From Macrostomum lignano (taxonomy: Eukaryota), in the NCBI GenBank assembly GCA_002269645.1, contig NIVC01003093.1:1-64000 (forward strand): a stretch of DNA of 64,000 nt, read 5' to 3'. The notes beneath the pieces are model-generated. The model was not told the origin of the DNA and searched no databases. It worked only from the letters and a program-made list of their open reading frames with translations. The position numbers were made by a program, and so were the translations under genes. Shown here one piece after another: positions 59,087 through 64,000 of the stretch. Position 1 is the first letter of the stretch; every line of letters starts with the position of its first letter.

Positions 59087-61025
59087 CTACTCATCCACAT
59101 GCCACCCGTTAGCCTCATCCAGAATCCGTTTGCCCCATTTCGGCTTGAGTAGCAGCAGCTGGCGCAGCGAGAATTCTTTGCCAGCCAAGGCGCCGCGAGT
59201 TCGCGCCGCTTTGTAGGTTCTGCGAATCGAAGCCAGCACAGCCGGAGGCAGCGGCCTCTCCAGCTGCAGGCAGAGCCGACAGCGGCTTTGGTCTGCTGGC
59301 GTCGGCATAGAGAAGCCGAGCGACTCGCGGGCCCGTTGGAAATCTTCAGTATAAAATCTGATCAGCAGACTGGCGTGCCTGGCGCAGTAGGCGACGATCT
59401 CGGGCAGCGGGTGCGGCAGTATCAGGCAGCGGTTTGGCCCGACGCTCAGGCGGATGCAGTCAGCGAACAGCTGCACCGACACCTCGGCGCCTGCAGCTGG
59501 CGAGATGGCCGATCCGGCCAGGCGGATGGCGACCACACTAATGGGCTGGCACAGCGCTTCGGAGGCCACGGAGGCCGCTCTGGCGGCGGCGGCGGCAGTT
59601 GAATTGGCGTTGCTGGGGTCGCCAGGCGGGCTGTCGGAGCCGGGGCTGCTAGCCAGGGAAGCGGAGTCCTCAGCCAGGTCCTCGTCGCCGCTCTCGGCGC
59701 CGCTCTCGGCGCTGCTCTCGGCGACGCTCTCATTCAAAAAGTCGATGTCAACTGCCGCCTCCGGATCTTCGTCGCTGTCAGCGAGTTCGGGCTGCTGCGG
59801 CTCCTCTGCTCGTCGCTATCCTCGCTGTCCCGACGCTGTACGCTGGAGCTGATTCGCTCCGAGGCGCTGCGGCTCGCCTGACGAGCGCTCGACCGGACGG
59901 GCGGGGCGCGGACTGGCGCCGGCGCCGCCTCCCCCGAAGGCTCGTCGGTGCTCGCCGAACTGCGACGCCCGGCACCACGTCTGGCGCTGCCACTGCGCAT
60001 GCGACTGGCGCCGCGCCCGCGACCCCAACCGCCGCCGCTGGCGCGCCCAAAGCCAGGCGCAATGATGGCAGGCGGGGCCTTGGTATCTTCAGAGGCCTCT
60101 TCATTGACCGGAGCAGCAGTTGAGGCCGGTTCCAGCGGCTCCGCTTTGACTGCACAGCTGGCCGGCTCCGTTTTCACTCGCCGGGCTGGCGGCTCCGCAG
60201 CTGATGGCGCTGCCGTGGCGGTGGTGAGGTCAACTTGGCACCGTTTCCGATCGCCGCTTGCACGGCCAGCCGCAGGCGGAGGCTCGCTAGCGTCGGTCTC
60301 GACATTCGGCGGTGTCGGAGGCTTCTGAGCGGGCTGCTGCGAAGGCGGCTGCTGGGCAGAGGCGCCAGCTGCATCTTGGCCGCCGAAACGCAGGTGCAGC
60401 TGCATTGTGCCCTGTGTTAAATTGCGGAGCGAGTGACAGCAAGACTATTCTGTGGATTTTGGTGGCTAAGAGATCCAAATCCTGCATTTATAAGCATCAA
60501 GTTCATAACTAATAAAAAATAACTGATTACACCAGGCCCATTGGGCCAGATGACCGGCAGATGTGCAACCGACAGCTCAGCTTCAGCTATAAAGACTGTT
60601 TAGTCCAAGGACTGGGGGGGGGGGTCGCCAAGCTAAAGCTGGCACCCATTTTACAGCTGAGTGAACTGAAGCAATGCAGAGTTCAGTGTCTTGCTCAAGG
60701 ACACAAATGGTTCCAGTGGAATCAGACGCACTAACCACTAGGCTAAAACCCCATAAAGATGGTCTCCTACTGCAAAGAGTCAATCAGGTTCAGTAACCTT
60801 CATATGAACCTCCAATTGCATTCATACCTGACCATTGTGAGCAGCCTGGCAATGCTTTTGCACAATAAAAACTTTGTTTGTGAAGAGGCTGCAGATGCTG
60901 CACACAAATATTTGCGAGTTTGGTCCACTAGGCTGACAGCAGCTGACGCTGTGCGTCAGAAAAGCAGCAAGGTCCGTGTATGGCTCATCGCAAGCCTTAC
61001 AAATAAGGTCTGCTATAGCAGGCAT
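59087..61025 (-). CDS. Uncharacterised nuclear-type protein: C2HC + C2H2 zinc fingers, SIM/SUMO-site region, RGG-like and acidic tracts, C-terminal SENP6/7-like PH-type domain; exons 61025-60828 and 60411-59087, about 507 aa after one -1 frameshift at ~59809
   Basis: CKAC-x12-H-x3-C and CSIC-x12-H-x4-H; CAG|GTATGA donor and ACACAG| acceptor in phase 0 with ORF 60405; adding one base at GAG(G)CAGAG joins ORFs 59734-60405 and 59087-59737. Confidence 0.8.
60510..60750 (-). mobile_element. Second CORE-like SINE copy (B-box region deleted) in the intron of the zinc-finger gene
   Basis: Shares GGCAGATGT.CAACCGACAGCTCAGC, GCTGGCACCCATTTTACA and GTGTCTTGCTCAAGGACAC with 24585-24872; A-box-like TAGCCTAGTGG on minus. 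Confidence 0.85.
60751..60784 (+). other. Degenerate spliced-leader (SL)-like sequence
   Basis: CCATAAAGATGGTCTCCTACTGCAAAGAGTCAAT aligns at about 29/34 with the Macrostomum lignano SL as I recall it (CCGTAAAGACGGTCTCTTACTGCGAAGACTCAATTTATTGCATG); lacks the 3' TTATTGCATG, donor and Sm site. Confidence 0.6.
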
Positions 61026-62999
61026 TATTGACTTCAAGATCAGCAAAAATCATTCATTTTATACTTTATTCATTTTAAATATCATTATTGTTAACTAAAA
61101 GGAATCTACATTAAAATGCCGGAAAAAAATATAATAAAAGAATAGTATGAATCATAGATCCATAAGCATGTTATAAAGTTGTATAAGAATGCTTACTAAA
61201 AATAGTTTGGCCTGATCTATATAAGTAAAAACCTTATTAAGAAAGTATCCTTATTTCTATATTATGCAGTTGTTGGTGAAAATGTCAATTAATTAATTAA
61301 ATCAGTTTTAATAAAATCAATTAATTATCAATTTGTAATAGTCAACAAAGCAGATATGATTTTATCCTATATCTCTACTGGCAAAATTTTGAGTTTTGCT
61401 ACAGCATAAAAGTATAAAGCAGCCAGGCTCAGACAGAAAATCAAAGTTTTGCCCATGGTTAATGTTAGATTTAAAAAATTAACAAAAATATGATAGATAA
61501 TATCTCCTTTTAACTTTTTTAATATCTAAGTATAAGTGTGGTAGGGATCTTTGGATGTGTAATATTAGTTAAAATATCAATTATTAATTCATTTTTTAAA
61601 TTCACTAGAATACATGCATAGGTGCCAATTAATAAGGTACACTAATTACATTTCAGATACATTTTTACTTTGTTTTAATACATTGGAATATTCAATATAA
61701 ATACAGCCTAGCACCAATTTGAATTTTCACATTCCTATTTGGCCCAGGAATTGACTCCTATTTTTAGCTCTATATTGGCTTGTGTATAGCCCAGCCTAAT
61801 TTATAGCAAACTAGTTGGATAATTAGCTATTCCTTTTGTGGCCTAGTTGGTATTACAAGCTTTCAAGTTAATCATACATATGGAAATCAGGCTTGCAAGA
61901 CTGAAAGATTTGTCTATGGTTCATATGTGTTGGTATAGCAGAGTTCAATTTAATCATAGGGGCATCAATTTGATCATTCTATGTTTTCAATGCATATTTT
62001 CATTGTCATTATAACTTGTTTTTAATTGGCTTGTTTTAATGAGCAATCTGGACAAGCTACTTGAAGAGGATGGCAGTGAGTAGAATTTTGGAACTGCAAA
62101 TAATGACATTGACCAGCTAGCCTAAGTACATTGCAGGTCAGTACAACAAGATTACTAATGAGAAGTAAAGTCTGATTGTCATTGCTTTAGGGTGCAATGA
62201 TAGTCTTAGTCTACTGAAGTTTATTCCAGGGAAGTTTATGCTGCAAGGTTTATTCCAGGGAAGTTTATGTGGAGGTTTATTCCAGCCTGCATCGCCAAAC
62301 AGCCAGTCACTCTAAACATTTTTTGACTTGATGATATCTAGTGCAAAAGTGTTTATTAATATTTGTTTATTGTGTCAAATTCTGTTTTCAGTTTTTTTTC
62401 AATGATAAGTAAACGACTTCTATTATAGCATTGGATACCTAACATTATATGAGTAGAATGATCAAATTGATACCCCCAAGATTAAATTAAACTCAGCTAT
62501 ACCAACATGTGTTGACCATAAACAGAAAATATTTAGTCTCATAGTCACAAGCCTGATTTTTATATCAATGATTAAATTGAAAGCTTGCAGTATCAACTAG
62601 GCCACAAAAATGAATAATAAAAGAAATTAAAATTGCAAATATAATATTTAAAATAAAATATAATAGTAGAATAATAGAATAATAGAAATATTGAATATGG
62701 TTATTGGTCATAAATGATCTGGAGTTTTGAAGTAATCAGAATAAGTTATAGTTATTAAACCAAGAATTCTATAGTGCTCTAATAGATTGTGCTAATAAGG
62801 CACAGGAGGCCAAGTATATATTTTTCTGTTTTTGTCAACTATTTTAATGTTAAAGTCTTTTAGCCAGTTGTAGCTCTGTTTATGTGCTAATTAACTAATT
62901 TCATTAATTATATGAATAATTATGATAATATTAAAAATATGATATGATAATTATTTTAATTATATGTCAATAGCTAGGCCCTAACAATCATTGAAGAAT

Positions 63000-64000
63000 C
63001 AATTGTAACAACCGTTGTAAAGAATACCTCAGCTTGTGAAGTGTCTTTGTTGGTCTTTAATGTGTCTTTTTACAGCGAGGCATGCATAAAGCAGCAGTGC
63101 AATTTTCATGCAGAAAGAGCACAGCTTCTGAAAAAAACGGTTATATGATTTAAACAGCAACATCAAACAGAATTCGGTATATCTAGAAAATGTAACAACC
63201 GTTGCTAGGGAATATCTCAGCTTGTGAAGCGTCTTTGTGTGTGTCTGATGTGTCTTTTAAAGCAGAGACATGTGTAAAGTAGTAGTAGTAGTAGTTTTGG
63301 CTCAGGCTTAAGGAGGCCTGTTATGCCAGTATAAACCGATGTATCAATATTTAGTATTTATTCAAAAGGTTAAATTTTTTACACGATCGCTGAAAACGAG
63401 TTACGATATTGTATTAAGTAAGGTATTTGAAAGAGCGTCTGGAATTTTTTTACGGTTTTTTTTAGCCGATTAACGACTAACGATGGAACAACAAGATTCT
63501 AAGCAAGGAAAAATAGAAAATCGATGTTGTATATATATATATGACTTAATGCAAAACGATTCTTCTATAATGCGATTCAGACAAGGTAGTTAAATATTAT
63601 TTTGTCAATATAACAAATATCTAGTATAATTAAGGATTGTTCTCAATAATATGCGATTTTTGTAAAAAGATATAGTATTTTGAAAGCGCGTGATATTTCA
63701 AAGCGTGAAAAAAAGCTACTACTACCACTACTACTACTACTACTACTAACTACTACTACTTTACACATGTCTCTGCTTTAAAAGACATATCAGACACACA
63801 CAAAGACGCTTCACAAGCTGAGATATTCCCTAGCAACGGTTGTTACATTTTAAAGCAGCTGTGCAATTTTCATTCAGAAAGAGCAAAGTGCGACGATGTA
63901 GCGGCTCCTCAAAAAACGACCATATACGGTATTCGGTATATTGGGAAACGTCGTAACAACATTTGCTAGGGAATATCTCAGTTTGTGAAGCGTCTTTGTG
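63000..64000. repeat. ~190-bp satellite-like repeat interrupted by a 420-bp insert with (TAG)n/(CTA)n ends and an inverted duplication
   Basis: Direct copies at ~63006, 63191 and 63953; 63191-63294 is inverted at 63716-63847. Confidence 0.8.

Overview
Eukaryotic (invertebrate metazoan) genomic DNA with GC-rich exons, AT-rich spacers and about 25 private mini/microsatellite arrays, many filling introns. The style and an SL-like sequence suggest the free-living flatworm Macrostomum (inference). Eight genes can be assembled by hand: an intronless 5xIg+2xFN3 Turtle/IGSF9-like receptor (minus, runs off the window, three -1 homopolymer frameshifts), UPF3, an 8-exon stomatin, a secreted class-3 lipase, SPATA6, a GPI-type Ly6/uPAR protein with a probable GC-AG intron, a PAC1/PSMG1-like protein ending in an HbYX motif, and an unrecognised protein with two zinc fingers, SUMO-interacting and SUMO-acceptor motifs and a SENP6/7-like PH-type domain but no protease domain. 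Mobile DNA includes an internally deleted Ty3/gypsy element with ~693-bp LTRs, two related MITEs, two CORE-like tRNA SINEs, a probable solo LTR in an (AATC)n tract and a second gag remnant. No rRNA, intact tRNA or CRISPR array was seen. Most long ORFs in the track are translations of tandem repeats.
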